From contig JAPOXA010000165.1 in assembly GCA_026707325.1 (NCBI GenBank), positions 22,481 to 86,480 of the forward strand: 64,000 bases of DNA, written 5' to 3'. The notes under the pieces are model-generated. The model searched no databases. It saw only the letters and a list, made by a program, of their open reading frames with translations, and was not told the origin of the DNA. The stretch comes from Acidobacteriota bacterium (GTDB lineage: Bacteria; Acidobacteriota; Thermoanaerobaculia; Multivoradales; Multivoraceae). Both the position numbers and the translations under genes were made by a program. Positions 8,776 through 17,689 of this stretch are shown here, piece by piece. Each line of letters opens with the position of its first letter. Position 1 is the stretch's first letter.

Positions 8776-9063
8776 TCACAGCAGCAGGGAGATCACGCCG
8801 GCCTGAACGAAGGTGAGCACCAGGAAGATTCGGCACCGAGTCAGGATTGAGTGGCAGTTCAGTTCCGCGTGGCACAGAGTAAGCGCCAGTTGCGCCGAGT
8901 TCCAGTCCGTGAGTTCCTTGACCCGTCCAGGATCGACATCGACCTTCTCGACCGGACTCGCGTAGACGCGGTAGATACGCGGCCGGCCCCGAGCGGCGAT
9001 GCCAGCCCAGATCACGGTCGTCAGCCACACAGTCAACGTCAGGATGGCGAGAGCATTCATCAT
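8776..9063 (-). CDS. membrane protein
   Basis: 95 aa, hydrophobic N- and C-terminal spans. Confidence 0.4.
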   Translation of the reverse strand: MMNALAILTLTVWLTTVIWAGIAARGRPRIYRVYASPVEKVDVDPGRVKELTDWNSAQLALTLCHAELNCHSILTRCRIFLVLTFVQAGVISLLL

Positions 9064-9087
9064 CTAGTGACTCCATACCAGTGCTTG

Positions 9088-9477
9088 TCAGTCATCTTGG
9101 ACCACCCAGATGCGCCGGCCGCGCTCCGCTCGGTCAACGGCGGCCATCGCCCTCTTGACGTCCTTGGCCATGCGCTTCTTCAATCTCCGAGCGGACTCGG
9201 CAAACGGAGTGAACACGGTATTGCCGCATGACCAACATCGATGACGCATGAGCAGGCCGCCGGCCGCCGCACCCATGAACTCGTACCGCGACTGGCTCTC
9301 GCAGATAGCGCACCAGTCGACGAAGGTACTGCTGTTCTCATTGCGCTCAATCTTCGACTCCCCGCCTCTGACCATCTCGATCAGGATCTCTTCGGCGACC
9401 TTCTTCAGAATCTCCTCTCGCGTTCCGGTGTAGACCGTTCGGTATTCGCCGGCCGCGAGGTCCATGCCCGCGCTCAC
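9088..9477 (-). CDS. hypothetical protein
   Basis: 129-aa ORF with CAIC...CWSC cysteine pairs. Confidence 0.45.
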   Translation of the reverse strand: MSAGMDLAAGEYRTVYTGTREEILKKVAEEILIEMVRGGESKIERNENSSTFVDWCAICESQSRYEFMGAAAGGLLMRHRCWSCGNTVFTPFAESARRLKKRMAKDVKRAMAAVDRAERGRRIWVVQDD

Positions 9478-9508
9478 GGCGCGAACAGTACGCGCAGCTC
9501 ATAGGGGT

Positions 9509-9754
9509 TCATGGCCGTTCGACCTCCTTCTTCATCAGTGCATCGAGTTCCTTGCGGACCGACGCGGCCTCGGCCTGTTGCTCGAGCCAGTCGGCGCGCA
9601 TCACGTCCAGTTCCTTCCTCACGGCCTCGATTCGCTCGGACAGGTGATGGTGTTCTTCCTGCCGGGCCAGCATCTCGCACGACCGCTCGTTGATGCGGCC
9701 GATCACCGCGTCGAGGCGCTCGGACAGAGCCTTGTAAGCCTCACTCGTCGGCAT
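9509..9754 (-). CDS. coiled-coil protein
   Basis: 81 aa, heptad-like charged sequence. Confidence 0.45.
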   Translation of the reverse strand: MPTSEAYKALSERLDAVIGRINERSCEMLARQEEHHHLSERIEAVRKELDVMRADWLEQQAEAASVRKELDALMKKEVERP

Positions 9755-9784
9755 CGGGGTAGAACATGAAGATCAGGGTGCAAC

Positions 9785-9833
9785 TCATATCGGTAATCTC
9801 CCAGCTTGTCGAAACCCTCAAGGTCTTCCTCGG
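9785..9833. repeat. direct repeat copy (pairs with 10722-10768)
   Basis: tcatatcggtaatc(tc)ccagcttgtcgaaac(c/a)ctcaaggtcttcctcgg on both sides of the PAPS-reductase-like gene. Confidence 0.8.
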
Positions 9834-9876
9834 CGGCCCCTGGCAGCAGATTGACGTCATCGTGCGGACGAGGCTC

Positions 9877-10725
9877 CTAGTCGCCGCAGAAACAACTGAT
9901 CCCCTCGTCGACGGACCCGAGCGGCAACGGCGCCTGCGATTCCGCGATGCGGACGAGGTCGGAATACGACCACGGCTTTTCGAACGATGAACCAACGCCG
10001 CGCTCCTGCGCCATCCACCATTCGGCGAGGGATGGATCCTCCCTGATGAGGGAAACCAACCGCCTCTTCCCCTTCAGGAAACAGAGATCGCAATTGCTCT
10101 GATCGGACCGGAGCGCAAGATCGAAGGGCGACCGATTCCAATACCTGGTGATGTCGCGCTCAGTGACGCCGGCCAACACGAGCGGGTACATGACTCGGCA
10201 CTCCTCCACGAGCGCCATCTTGACGCGACGGGGCTCATCGGAGCGGATGCCGAGCACGTTCACCCACTGGTTGCGAGGCCAGCCGAGCGTCCGATGTACG
10301 TATCGCTCGACCGTGCGGACCTTCAAGTGGGACGTGCAGATCCGCATCTTCGGGTTGGGCAGCATCCCGCGAGAAATCAGCATCTCGAAGGGCTCGCCGG
10401 CGCGGCTGGCCGTCTCGTAGTCGACGACGGCGTAAGTGCCCCGGTAGTCGCCGGCACGTCCGGACGCTTCGGGTCGCCACCGGAACTCGAGCCAGATCAG
10501 CGGCACCGACCACTCGATCTCGATTCGATGCAGGAACTCAAGCGTCTCCTCTCGCTCCTTGCCCGTGTTGGTGAACACCGGCACCACATGAGCAGGCAAG
10601 GCGCCGTCATGGGCGTCGAGAACCGCACGCAGCAGATAGGCGCTGGTGCGACCTCCGGAGATGTTGAGCGCATAGCGCCGAGCGGCGCCGAACGTGTCGG
10701 CCGCTGGCAGATAATAGGGGTTCAT
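9877..10725 (-). CDS. PAPS reductase-like / PP-loop ATP pyrophosphatase family protein
   Basis: ISGGRTSAYLL PP-loop; length and C-terminal Cys pair typical of phage PAPS-reductase-like proteins. Confidence 0.85.
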   Translation of the reverse strand: MNPYYLPAADTFGAARRYALNISGGRTSAYLLRAVLDAHDGALPAHVVPVFTNTGKEREETLEFLHRIEIEWSVPLIWLEFRWRPEASGRAGDYRGTYAVVDYETASRAGEPFEMLISRGMLPNPKMRICTSHLKVRTVERYVHRTLGWPRNQWVNVLGIRSDEPRRVKMALVEECRVMYPLVLAGVTERDITRYWNRSPFDLALRSDQSNCDLCFLKGKRRLVSLIREDPSLAEWWMAQERGVGSSFEKPWSYSDLVRIAESQAPLPLGSVDEGISCFCGD

Positions 10726-10768
10726 ATCGGTAATCCCAGCTTGTCGAAACACTCAAGGTCTTCCTCGG
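10722..10768. repeat. direct repeat copy (pairs with 9785-9833)
   Basis: Encodes the EEDLECFDKLG C-terminus of 10722..11021; second copy lies just after the PAPS-reductase stop. Confidence 0.8.
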
Positions 10769-11021
10769 TCAACTCCGGGAACAGGATCTCGATGCCGCAC
10801 ATGCAGCGGTCCGGCTCGATGTCGGCCGGACAGACCATCGTCGTAGTCGAGCAGACGCGGCATCCGCAGCGGGATACCTGCGGCAGCTTGCCGCACCGCC
10901 CGCAGGGCGGGCGAGAATCGGGGCCGGGCAATGCGAGTGCCCGGCCCCGGAACCGGCCGTCAAGCCGGCTGGACACCACCGAGTCTCGGAGAAAGGACTT
11001 CAAGATGGAGCCCAAAAACAT
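10722..11021 (-). CDS. Cys-rich small protein
   Basis: 99-aa ORF, CGRCG...CGCRVC...CMCG. Confidence 0.4.
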   Translation of the reverse strand: MFLGSILKSFLRDSVVSSRLDGRFRGRALALPGPDSRPPCGRCGKLPQVSRCGCRVCSTTTMVCPADIEPDRCMCGIEILFPELTEEDLECFDKLGLPI

Positions 11022-11079
11022 GTCCCCAAAGATCCTGTCCGCCGCCTACCGCCCCAAGCCGCGACGTGAGGTTGGCGCT

Positions 11080-11124
11080 GCTCAACGACAGGCGAAGTAT
11101 AGCAGAGAGAATCCCTCCTGACCG
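11080..11124 (-). promoter_or_regulatory. class A-like promoter-leader module (weak -35)
   Basis: -10 TATACT (11096-11101), 8 nt, CGTTGAGC box (11080-11087). Confidence 0.4.
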
Positions 11125-11189
11125 GCGCCCCAGACTGGCTCTCCGTGTCATCCGACGGCTCAATCCGGACAGGTTCGGCCACTTCAAGG

Positions 11190-12137
11190 CTACGGGTACA
11201 CGAAGCCGCCGCAATCCTCTGGCGCTATCGGAAACCACGGTTCCGTGAGAGCCAAACTACTGCTGTACGGCGCCTCGGGCGGCTTTCCGTCATTCAACTC
11301 CCAAGCGAAGATCCACTCATTGGTCCGATTGCGAACCACGATCTGCCAGGGCAAGTTGGTCATGCCAGCCGCAAAGAGCCAAGCGTGAACGTAGGTGGTC
11401 GGCGCACGGATGACGCACGGGATGACCTTCACGTCCAGTTCCACGTTCCCGGGGCTGAAGAAGTAGAAGCGAGCCAGCGATGTGTCTCCGGGCGAACTGT
11501 CCAGAATCTTGGCCGGCTTGCCCGATACACCCTCAAGATCCCACTGAGTCCAGTAGTACGCGGTGAGTTCGACGGCTCCATCCAGCAAGCAGATGACCGA
11601 TTCGGTCGGCTCGCAGACATCGGTGCGCCGAGGATCGTTCAGCATCACCGGCGGCCAGAAGTACGATTCTTCGCTGTAGCCCTCCGTGCCATCGCGATAA
11701 CTCCGATGTTCGGTCGCGCGGAACCAGAGAGCAGTTCGGCCGTCTAACGGCGGGCTAAAGACAATGACCTGAGCCACGCAGCGGATACGATCGCCGCTCC
11801 CCCGGCACCGCTCATAGTTCCGGTCCGCCAAGGATCCAGCCGCTGGAAACGAGCAATCCTGGTTCTTCCTCCAGCGAACGGCCATGTCGACGGGAACAGC
11901 GCAGACGTCGAATACGACCCGGTGGTTGAACGTGTTCGCTGTTCGCCCCGCCGTGAAGTACAGCAGGTCAAAGACGAAACCTGGATTCCACGAGCCATCG
12001 GCCGCCCTGCTGTGGAGGCGGTCCTCCTCTGGAACCCTGAACACCCACGACGCATCGAAGTCGTCGATCTCGGTTCCCGCCAGCGTTGACGGCATGGCCA
12101 ACGCGGCCAGTACCACCATGGACTTGAGCCTATTCAT
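11190..12137 (-). CDS. secreted protein of unknown function
   Basis: 315 aa; signal peptide MNRLKSMVVLAALAMPSTLAG. Confidence 0.6.
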   Translation of the reverse strand: MNRLKSMVVLAALAMPSTLAGTEIDDFDASWVFRVPEEDRLHSRAADGSWNPGFVFDLLYFTAGRTANTFNHRVVFDVCAVPVDMAVRWRKNQDCSFPAAGSLADRNYERCRGSGDRIRCVAQVIVFSPPLDGRTALWFRATEHRSYRDGTEGYSEESYFWPPVMLNDPRRTDVCEPTESVICLLDGAVELTAYYWTQWDLEGVSGKPAKILDSSPGDTSLARFYFFSPGNVELDVKVIPCVIRAPTTYVHAWLFAAGMTNLPWQIVVRNRTNEWIFAWELNDGKPPEAPYSSSLALTEPWFPIAPEDCGGFVYP

Positions 12138-12676
12138 CCAGTCACCCCTTTCTGGAAGAGCACCGACCCCTGGATTGGCGCCGGGCTACTCACTTCGGAG
12201 CTGGAGTGGAGGCCCGGGGAGTCGATGCCTCCACGGGCCTCCGGGCCGTCTGTCCGCCCCGAAAAGATGATCGCGTCAGGATCATTGCTCTCCTCTTTTG
12301 TCAGCGTGAACGAGGAAGGTCGATGCCTCCCCGGCCCTCCGGGCGGTCTCAGCGTGAACCGGAAGGTCTTGCCGGCCCACAAGTCAACCAGCGCATCCAG
12401 CTTCGACTCGGCATCCTCCTTCGACATCTCGGACATGCTGTCGAACTCGTCGATGAAGTGCCGAGCCCGAGCAGACATCCGGTATGCGCCGATCACGTTG
12501 CCTTCCTCGTTCACGAAGTGGCAATCGCCCTTGACGTGCGGCCGGCAATCGTCGTTCACGAACCACAGATGCACAACCGACAGCGCCAGCGGACACAGGA
12601 ACGGCTCACCGCAGACGCCGCCGCGGATGGCACCCTCGTCCAGCGTCACAGTGATGTGCCGAGGCCAGCCGTTCAT
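12134..12676 (-). CDS. hypothetical protein (paralog family with 25080..25331 and 26263..26580)
   Basis: ITVTLDEGAIRGGVCGEPFLCPLALSV motif shared by three ORFs. Confidence 0.5.
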   Translation of the reverse strand: MNGWPRHITVTLDEGAIRGGVCGEPFLCPLALSVVHLWFVNDDCRPHVKGDCHFVNEEGNVIGAYRMSARARHFIDEFDSMSEMSKEDAESKLDALVDLWAGKTFRFTLRPPGGPGRHRPSSFTLTKEESNDPDAIIFSGRTDGPEARGGIDSPGLHSSSEVSSPAPIQGSVLFQKGVTG

Positions 12677-12990
12677 ACCTTCACCCCGCCGATCTCCGGA
12701 CAGGCGTAGACCACTTCAAGATCGAATGACAGATCGGAGTCCGAGTCGTCCAGCCTCGGGTAGTAGCGGTTGAAGTAGGCGCCCGTCGGTTGCCCGGGCT
12801 TCGCATAGGTCTTGTACCGAGCCACCGTCAGCAACGGGAACCTCTTGTTCGGGAAGACTCGCTTCTCAGCCTCTTCCCTCGTCTCGAACCCGACCGACCA
12901 ATCGGCCAGCGTCGTAGCCATCCAGGCTTCGCGCGGCTCGCCCTGAACCTCGATCGGCTCCTTGCACCAGTCCTTCTCGAGCGTCTTCAT
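12673..12990 (-). CDS. hypothetical protein
   Basis: 105-aa ORF preceded by AAAGGAGGGTGA. Confidence 0.45.
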   Translation of the reverse strand: MKTLEKDWCKEPIEVQGEPREAWMATTLADWSVGFETREEAEKRVFPNKRFPLLTVARYKTYAKPGQPTGAYFNRYYPRLDDSDSDLSFDLEVVYACPEIGGVKV

Positions 12991-13116
12991 TCACCCTCCT
13001 TTCAGAATCGCGGGGGCGGCCGCACGTCCATGAGTCAACGCCGTTTTACCGAGCCACGGTCACGGCGGCCGACCCCGCGAAAGATCACTCCACCTGAATC
13101 CTCGGATTACTCTCGT

Positions 13117-13458
13117 TCATGTTCCGGCCTCCGCGTAGGCAGCGCGCTTGTCGGCCAACACGGCGCGGAGCGGACGGGCCTCGAAGTCGCCGCCAAGCTC
13201 CGTCAGCGCGTCGTTTCCGGGCCGGTACGGCCACAGCGGGCAACGGCTCGATTCGCAGGCCGCGACCTGGGCGCGCCAACTTCCCGCTCCGCTCGCGCCG
13301 GGATCGTAGATGCACTCCGCACAGAACGCCGCGACCGCCACGCCCATCGCAGGTACTCCGGCCGCCTTGCGGGCACTCGATACGGCGCGCTTGCTGGCCT
13401 GGGCCTTCGCCGCCGCGTCGGCCCGCTGTTTCGACGTCAGGTCGGCAAGACCGCTCAT
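13117..13458 (-). CDS. hypothetical protein
   Basis: 113-aa ORF, stop/start overlap. Confidence 0.4.
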   Translation of the reverse strand: MSGLADLTSKQRADAAAKAQASKRAVSSARKAAGVPAMGVAVAAFCAECIYDPGASGAGSWRAQVAACESSRCPLWPYRPGNDALTELGGDFEARPLRAVLADKRAAYAEAGT

Positions 13459-13676
13459 CGCGCCTCCTCCGGTCTCAGGGCCTTACGAGCCGGTGTCAGC
13501 GGTCCGTCCACTGCCGGCGCCTCAAATCCGCCGGCCGGGTAGCCGGCGCGCCGCTTGACCAGAATCTCGCAGCCGCACTCCCCGCACCGGGCGATCCCTG
13601 CGTAGTCGCCGAGGCACTCGGCCAAGGGCAGGCCGACCAGGGACGCGCCGCACTTCGGGCAAGCGGGATCGTTCAT
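13455..13676 (-). CDS. Zn-ribbon protein
   Basis: MNDPACPKCG...CGECGC; start trimmed to 13676. Confidence 0.4.
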   Translation of the reverse strand: MNDPACPKCGASLVGLPLAECLGDYAGIARCGECGCEILVKRRAGYPAGGFEAPAVDGPLTPARKALRPEEAR

Positions 13677-13720
13677 CGACTCAGCTGCCGCTGAGCCTCG
13701 CAGTCGGCGGCCGCCGGCGC

Positions 13721-14053
13721 TCACGACGCGCCCTCCATGCAATTCTGACAGGTGATCGAGCCCGCCACGATCACCATCGAACCGGGGTACGTCTCCTGAC
13801 ATACACCGCACTGCCAACGATCCATCACAGAATCGTCACCGGACCGCTGGTAGAAGTCGCCACCGTGCCCGGGCGAACCAGACGGCTCCCCGTCGACCAC
13901 CGTCACGCGAGTAGGAGAAACCGCAGCCTCGATCAACTCCAGCAGCGTACCCGCTACCTCCTGACGATGACGCAGACAACAACCGCCCTCAGCCTTCGAT
14001 TGGTTCCAGTCGTGACCGCACCATTCGCAGACGTTCGAGGCAGCCACGCTCAC
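13721..14053 (-). CDS. Cys-rich protein
   Basis: GTG start after GGAGGA; CEWCGH...CGVC...CQNC. Confidence 0.4.
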   Translation of the reverse strand: MSVAASNVCEWCGHDWNQSKAEGGCCLRHRQEVAGTLLELIEAAVSPTRVTVVDGEPSGSPGHGGDFYQRSGDDSVMDRWQCGVCQETYPGSMVIVAGSITCQNCMEGAS

Positions 14054-14442
14054 GGCGTCCTCCGGTCCGCGTCGACACGGTCCAACGGCCGACGCTCGGG
14101 GCCGCCGCCGTACAGCACGCACTCCGGCCGCAAGATGCGGACGCGCAGCACATCGCCGACCTCGACCGCCTCCACCTCGAAGCCGGCGCGCATGGCGGCG
14201 CGGCAGGTACGCTGCGCCTCGGCTCGACTCATCGGCCGGCCGTCACGGCCGTCGGCGTAGCTGCCGGTCCAGCGGGTAACGGTGCGCAAGGCCTCACGAG
14301 CCGGCGTCAGCAGCCCGCCGTCCACTGCCGGCGCATCCAGGAGCGGCCGCTCACCGGCCGCAATCCTCGCCATGCGCTCACGGTCGACGGCATCGCCGGC
14401 GTCCAAGTCCAAACGCGCACCGACGAACGGATCAGCGCTCAT
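14050..14442 (-). CDS. hypothetical protein
   Basis: 130-aa ORF; shares APAVDG-LTPAR-ALR segment with 13455..13676. Confidence 0.45.
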   Translation of the reverse strand: MSADPFVGARLDLDAGDAVDRERMARIAAGERPLLDAPAVDGGLLTPAREALRTVTRWTGSYADGRDGRPMSRAEAQRTCRAAMRAGFEVEAVEVGDVLRVRILRPECVLYGGGPERRPLDRVDADRRTP

Positions 14443-14687
14443 GCCAGCGCCTCGCGAAGACTACGACGCAAAGCGGGATCGCCGGCCAGACGCCGACGCG
14501 CAAGCACGACCGCAGACTCCGCCTCGCGACGCGGAACGCCAGCACCGAGAGACATGCCCGCTCCAGCCGTGCTGTTACCACGCTCGGCTCCGTCGCCGCT
14601 GGACGGGTCCTCGATCAACAACCGGCAAGCCAAACGAATCAGACGCTCGCGGACACCCACCACGCCGACTCCACTCTCACCCGTCAT
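14439..14687 (-). CDS. hypothetical protein
   Basis: Start trimmed to MTGESG. Confidence 0.35.
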   Translation of the reverse strand: MTGESGVGVVGVRERLIRLACRLLIEDPSSGDGAERGNSTAGAGMSLGAGVPRREAESAVVLARRRLAGDPALRRSLREALA

Positions 14688-15048
14688 CCGACACATCACC
14701 TTCATGACAGTCCAAACACTCCCAAGGCACATCAGTGTCCTCGTAACGCAAACGGCCCCCCTCCTCAACTAACTCCTGAACCCAAGACGTCTCAACACCA
14801 CAACCAGGACACAACGGACAAACCGAAACCTCCTCCACGTCCGTGCGAAATACCTCAGCACCCATCCAGCCGCGAGCGTCCACACGAGGATGAGAAGACA
14901 ACAACCCACCCGAACAACCAGAACCCGGCTCTACCGACGGCCGAACAACCTCCCCCACATCCGACGACCCCTCAACGTCCGATGCTGGACGCGAACGATC
15001 AGGAAATATGAGCACTTTGGCGTTGACCATCGCTGTACACTCTACCAT
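14677..15048 (-). CDS. hypothetical Cys-rich protein
   Basis: CPLCPGCG...CLDC; first gene after the terminator at 15086-15128. Confidence 0.4.
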   Translation of the reverse strand: MVECTAMVNAKVLIFPDRSRPASDVEGSSDVGEVVRPSVEPGSGCSGGLLSSHPRVDARGWMGAEVFRTDVEEVSVCPLCPGCGVETSWVQELVEEGGRLRYEDTDVPWECLDCHEGDVSDDG

Positions 15049-15085
15049 ATTTTTTCCCTGGATCCGTGAGGAGGTTGGCCGGCCG

Positions 15086-15128
15086 AAAAGAGGAGGCAAC
15101 GGGATCCGTTGGATCGCGTTGCCTCCTC
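15086..15128 (-). terminator. rho-independent terminator
   Basis: 12-bp stem GAGGAGGCAACG/CGTTGCCTCCTC followed on minus strand by CUUUUCGG; lies after the stop at 15181. Confidence 0.7.
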
Positions 15129-15180
15129 CGGGCCGGGTTGCGCGGGCCGGCCCGGTCCGGGCCGGCCCGCAGCTCCGGGC

Positions 15181-15909
15181 CTAGGCGCCGCCCGCGATGG
15201 ACACGGCGATCGCCACGCTTTCCGCGTCCGCGGCCGCGGCCGCATTTCGGCGGCGCGTGGCCCAGGCTTTCAGCGCGCGGGCCGTTCCCGCCGCGGCCTT
15301 CTCCTCAGGCGTCAGCTCGCGCTTCGGCGGCGGCGGCGTCCAGTCAGGCCCGCGCCGCGTGGCCCAGGCTTTCAGCGCGCGGGCCGTCCCAGCCGCGGCC
15401 TTCTCCTCAGGCGTCAGCTCGCGCTTCGGCGGCGGCGGCGTCCAGTCAGGCCCGCGCCGCGTGGCCCAGGCTTTCAGCGCGCGGGCCGTCCCAGCCGCGG
15501 CCTTCTCCTCAGGCGTCAGCTCGCGCTTCGGCGGCGGCGGCGTCCAGTCAGGCCCGCGGCGAGTCCGCCACGCTTTCAGCGCGCGGGCCGTCCCCTCCAC
15601 GGAGGCCTGGGTGTCGGCCTCCGCCTGGACCGGCTCCGGCTCCGCAGCCGCAGCCCGGTCCAGCGCGTCAGCCAGCGCATCCGTTGCGCGGCGCGTCGGC
15701 TCCGGCTCCGGCTCCGGCTCCGTCTGAGAGCGGACCACGTCGCGGACCGCGTCGTAGAGGCGGCGCCGCTCCACGGCGCCGCCCACCGCGTGGTAGCCCG
15801 TGGTCGTGACGTCGATCCAGCCGACGGGCTCCTCGCCGCACGTCACGACGACGGCCGCACCGTCATCCTCGACCGCGTAGGCAGTGCCGTTGAGCGTGTA
15901 GCTCTTCAT
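15181..15909 (-). CDS. tandem-repeat protein (34-aa KAWATRRGPDW units)
   Basis: Start MKSYTLNG after GGAGAAACGCAATG; 3.5 copies of TARALKAWATRRGPDWTPPPPKRELTPEEKAAAG; paralog of 24345..24980. Confidence 0.6.
   Translation of the reverse strand: MKSYTLNGTAYAVEDDGAAVVVTCGEEPVGWIDVTTTGYHAVGGAVERRRLYDAVRDVVRSQTEPEPEPEPTRRATDALADALDRAAAAEPEPVQAEADTQASVEGTARALKAWRTRRGPDWTPPPPKRELTPEEKAAAGTARALKAWATRRGPDWTPPPPKRELTPEEKAAAGTARALKAWATRRGPDWTPPPPKRELTPEEKAAAGTARALKAWATRRRNAAAAADAESVAIAVSIAGGA
15245..15600. repeat. 102-bp tandem repeat, about 3.5 copies, in-frame
   Basis: Unit starts at 15257, 15359, 15461, 15563. Confidence 0.85.
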
Positions 15910-16081
15910 TGCGTTTCTCCTTGCTGTGGTGGGCCTGGAAGGCCCGTTCTCTGCTCCGGCGGGGCACACCCCCGCACGACATCCAAAACCTCGTTCCCAA
16001 GCGCGTCGCGCGAGACTCTCTGCGGGGTGGTCGTCGCCGACGAACGCGGGCATTCCGTGAATTGGTGGCATCCGGACCATT

Positions 16082-16720
16082 TCACCTGTCTCCGGCGCGG
16101 TGCAGCCGCAGCGCGTCGCGCATCGCGGCGGAAATGCTGGTGCGCGGCTCCGGCACCCACCTCGGTGCGTCAGCGGCCGGAATCGCGCGCCACGTCGTCA
16201 CGTCGACGACCGAGACCTCGAGCACACCGATCACAGCTCCGGACTCCGCCGTGACGTGCAGGAGGTCCGGCCACCTGGAATCGACGTCCAGCTCGAGGAA
16301 CTCGCCATCAATCTCGCGGATGTGCGCCGGCTCGTACCGGGCCGGCTCCGGCGTGGGCTCCGGCGTGGGCTCGGGCTCCGGCTCGGGCTCCGGCTCGGGC
16401 TCCGGCTCGGGCTCCGGCTCGGGCTCCGCCGCATCGCAGCGGTGGCCCGTGTAGGGCTCGCCGCTCCACGGATCCCAGGGCTCGGTGAACTCCGGGTTGC
16501 CCCCCCGTGCGATCCTCACCGCGTCCAGGACCGCCCCGAAGATGCACGTCCGCGAGTGGAGCGGCGGCGACGAACCGTCCAGCGGGACGGCCGCGAACCG
16601 GCGGTTCACCTCTATCGCGGCGATTTCTTCTCCGGACTGGCAGTCAGTCACCGCCAGGAGGTCCGAGTCGGTCGGATCGGCCGCGACGGCGAAAAAGTCG
16701 TTGTCAATGCAGAAGGTCAT
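16082..16720 (-). CDS. hypothetical protein with (PE)n linker
   Basis: Start MTFCIDNDFF after GGAGAAAACGGAATG; central EPEPEP...TPEPTPEP run. Confidence 0.5.
   Translation of the reverse strand: MTFCIDNDFFAVAADPTDSDLLAVTDCQSGEEIAAIEVNRRFAAVPLDGSSPPLHSRTCIFGAVLDAVRIARGGNPEFTEPWDPWSGEPYTGHRCDAAEPEPEPEPEPEPEPEPEPEPTPEPTPEPARYEPAHIREIDGEFLELDVDSRWPDLLHVTAESGAVIGVLEVSVVDVTTWRAIPAADAPRWVPEPRTSISAAMRDALRLHRAGDR
16343..16428. repeat. 12-bp microsatellite (ggctcgggctcc)n encoding (PE)n
   Basis: Read directly; in-frame within 16082..16720. Confidence 0.8.
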
Positions 16721-16765
16721 TCCGTTTTCTCCCTTTGTGGGCCTTCCGGCCCGGTTGTGTTGTCT

Positions 16766-16810
16766 CACCAACGATGAACGGATCGTTGCACAGATCTCAC
16801 AATCCGTCAG
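16766..16810 (-). promoter_or_regulatory. class C promoter with 20-nt palindrome
   Basis: -35 CTGACG, 17 nt, -10 AACGAT; palindrome CAACGATccgttcATCGTTG at 16769-16788. Confidence 0.45.
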
Positions 16811-17121
16811 GCCACCTCTGCCAGCGCGTCCCGACGTCTCCACGTCCGGTCCAGTCTGCGAGTCAGGCGTTCGCAGGCGTCCATCCTCTGCGTTGTCGGC
16901 CGACAGCCGGCCGCAGCGGCCAGCGACCGGGTGGCATCGTCCAGCGCGTCGTCCGCCGCGCGGAGCAACTGCCAGCGCGCGAATGTGACCGCGGTCGCGG
17001 AGTCGACACCCGGCGGCAGCACCAGCCGCTCCGCCGTGCATTCGCGCCCCTCGTCGACCAAGTCCTGGAGCAGGTCCAGGCAGCGGTTCGCGTTGTCCAA
17101 CTTGCGGCTGAAGAAGTTCAT
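16807..17121 (-). CDS. hypothetical protein (paralog of 17323..17613)
   Basis: Start MNFFSRKL after GGGAGAAAACGGAATG; both end in ALAEV. Confidence 0.45.
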   Translation of the reverse strand: MNFFSRKLDNANRCLDLLQDLVDEGRECTAERLVLPPGVDSATAVTFARWQLLRAADDALDDATRSLAAAAGCRPTTQRMDACERLTRRLDRTWRRRDALAEVA

Positions 17122-17322
17122 TCCGTTTTCTCCCTTCGTGAAGTGATTCCTCATTCTCCAGTCTCCTGTCTCACACAGAAGATCCGCGGACAGTCGAGGT
17201 GGTGGTCCGGGTTGACCGGCGTGGCCACCTCGTGGACCAGGACGACAGCTCCCAGCGCGATCGCACCCAGCGACAGCGTGATCACGACGGCGCACAGTCC
17301 GATGACGATCGAATGCCTCACG

Positions 17323-17613
17323 TCAAACCACCTCCGCCAGCGCGGCGTAGCGGCGCCGGCACTCCACGATCGCAGCGACCAGCCGAGCGGGCTCGGCGAC
17401 TCGCCAGACTGCGGGCCACACGTGGGGATCGCGGGCGGCGATCCGCTCCGCGGTGTCCAGGTGGTGATCGATCGTGTCGAGTCTCTGCCAGTTGGGACAC
17501 GTCGTCCGGCGATCCTCCGCGACCAGCCGCTCGAGGATGGTCAGGCACCGGCGCGCCGTGGTCACCGCCCGTGCGGCCTCGGTGTCGGGGGTTGAACGTC
17601 CGATTCGGCTCAT
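17323..17613 (-). CDS. hypothetical protein (paralog of 16807..17121)
   Basis: Start MSRIGRS after GGAGAAAACGGAATG. Confidence 0.45.
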   Translation of the reverse strand: MSRIGRSTPDTEAARAVTTARRCLTILERLVAEDRRTTCPNWQRLDTIDHHLDTAERIAARDPHVWPAVWRVAEPARLVAAIVECRRRYAALAEVV

Positions 17614-17646
17614 TCCGTTTTCTCCTCGCCCCGTCGGGGGCCGCAA

Positions 17647-17689
17647 TCAACGATGAACGGATCGTTGCACAGATCTCACAATCCGTCAA
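17647..17689 (-). promoter_or_regulatory. class C promoter with 20-nt palindrome
   Basis: -35 TTGACG (17684-17689), 17 nt, -10 AACGAT (17661-17666); palindrome 17648-17667. Confidence 0.5.

Noticed and set aside
15066-16254. Long + strand ORFs (247 and 381 aa) rich in Arg/Pro/Ala
   Set aside because: They are antisense to the repeat protein and the (PE)n protein. Their composition is typical of alternate frames of GC-rich coding DNA.
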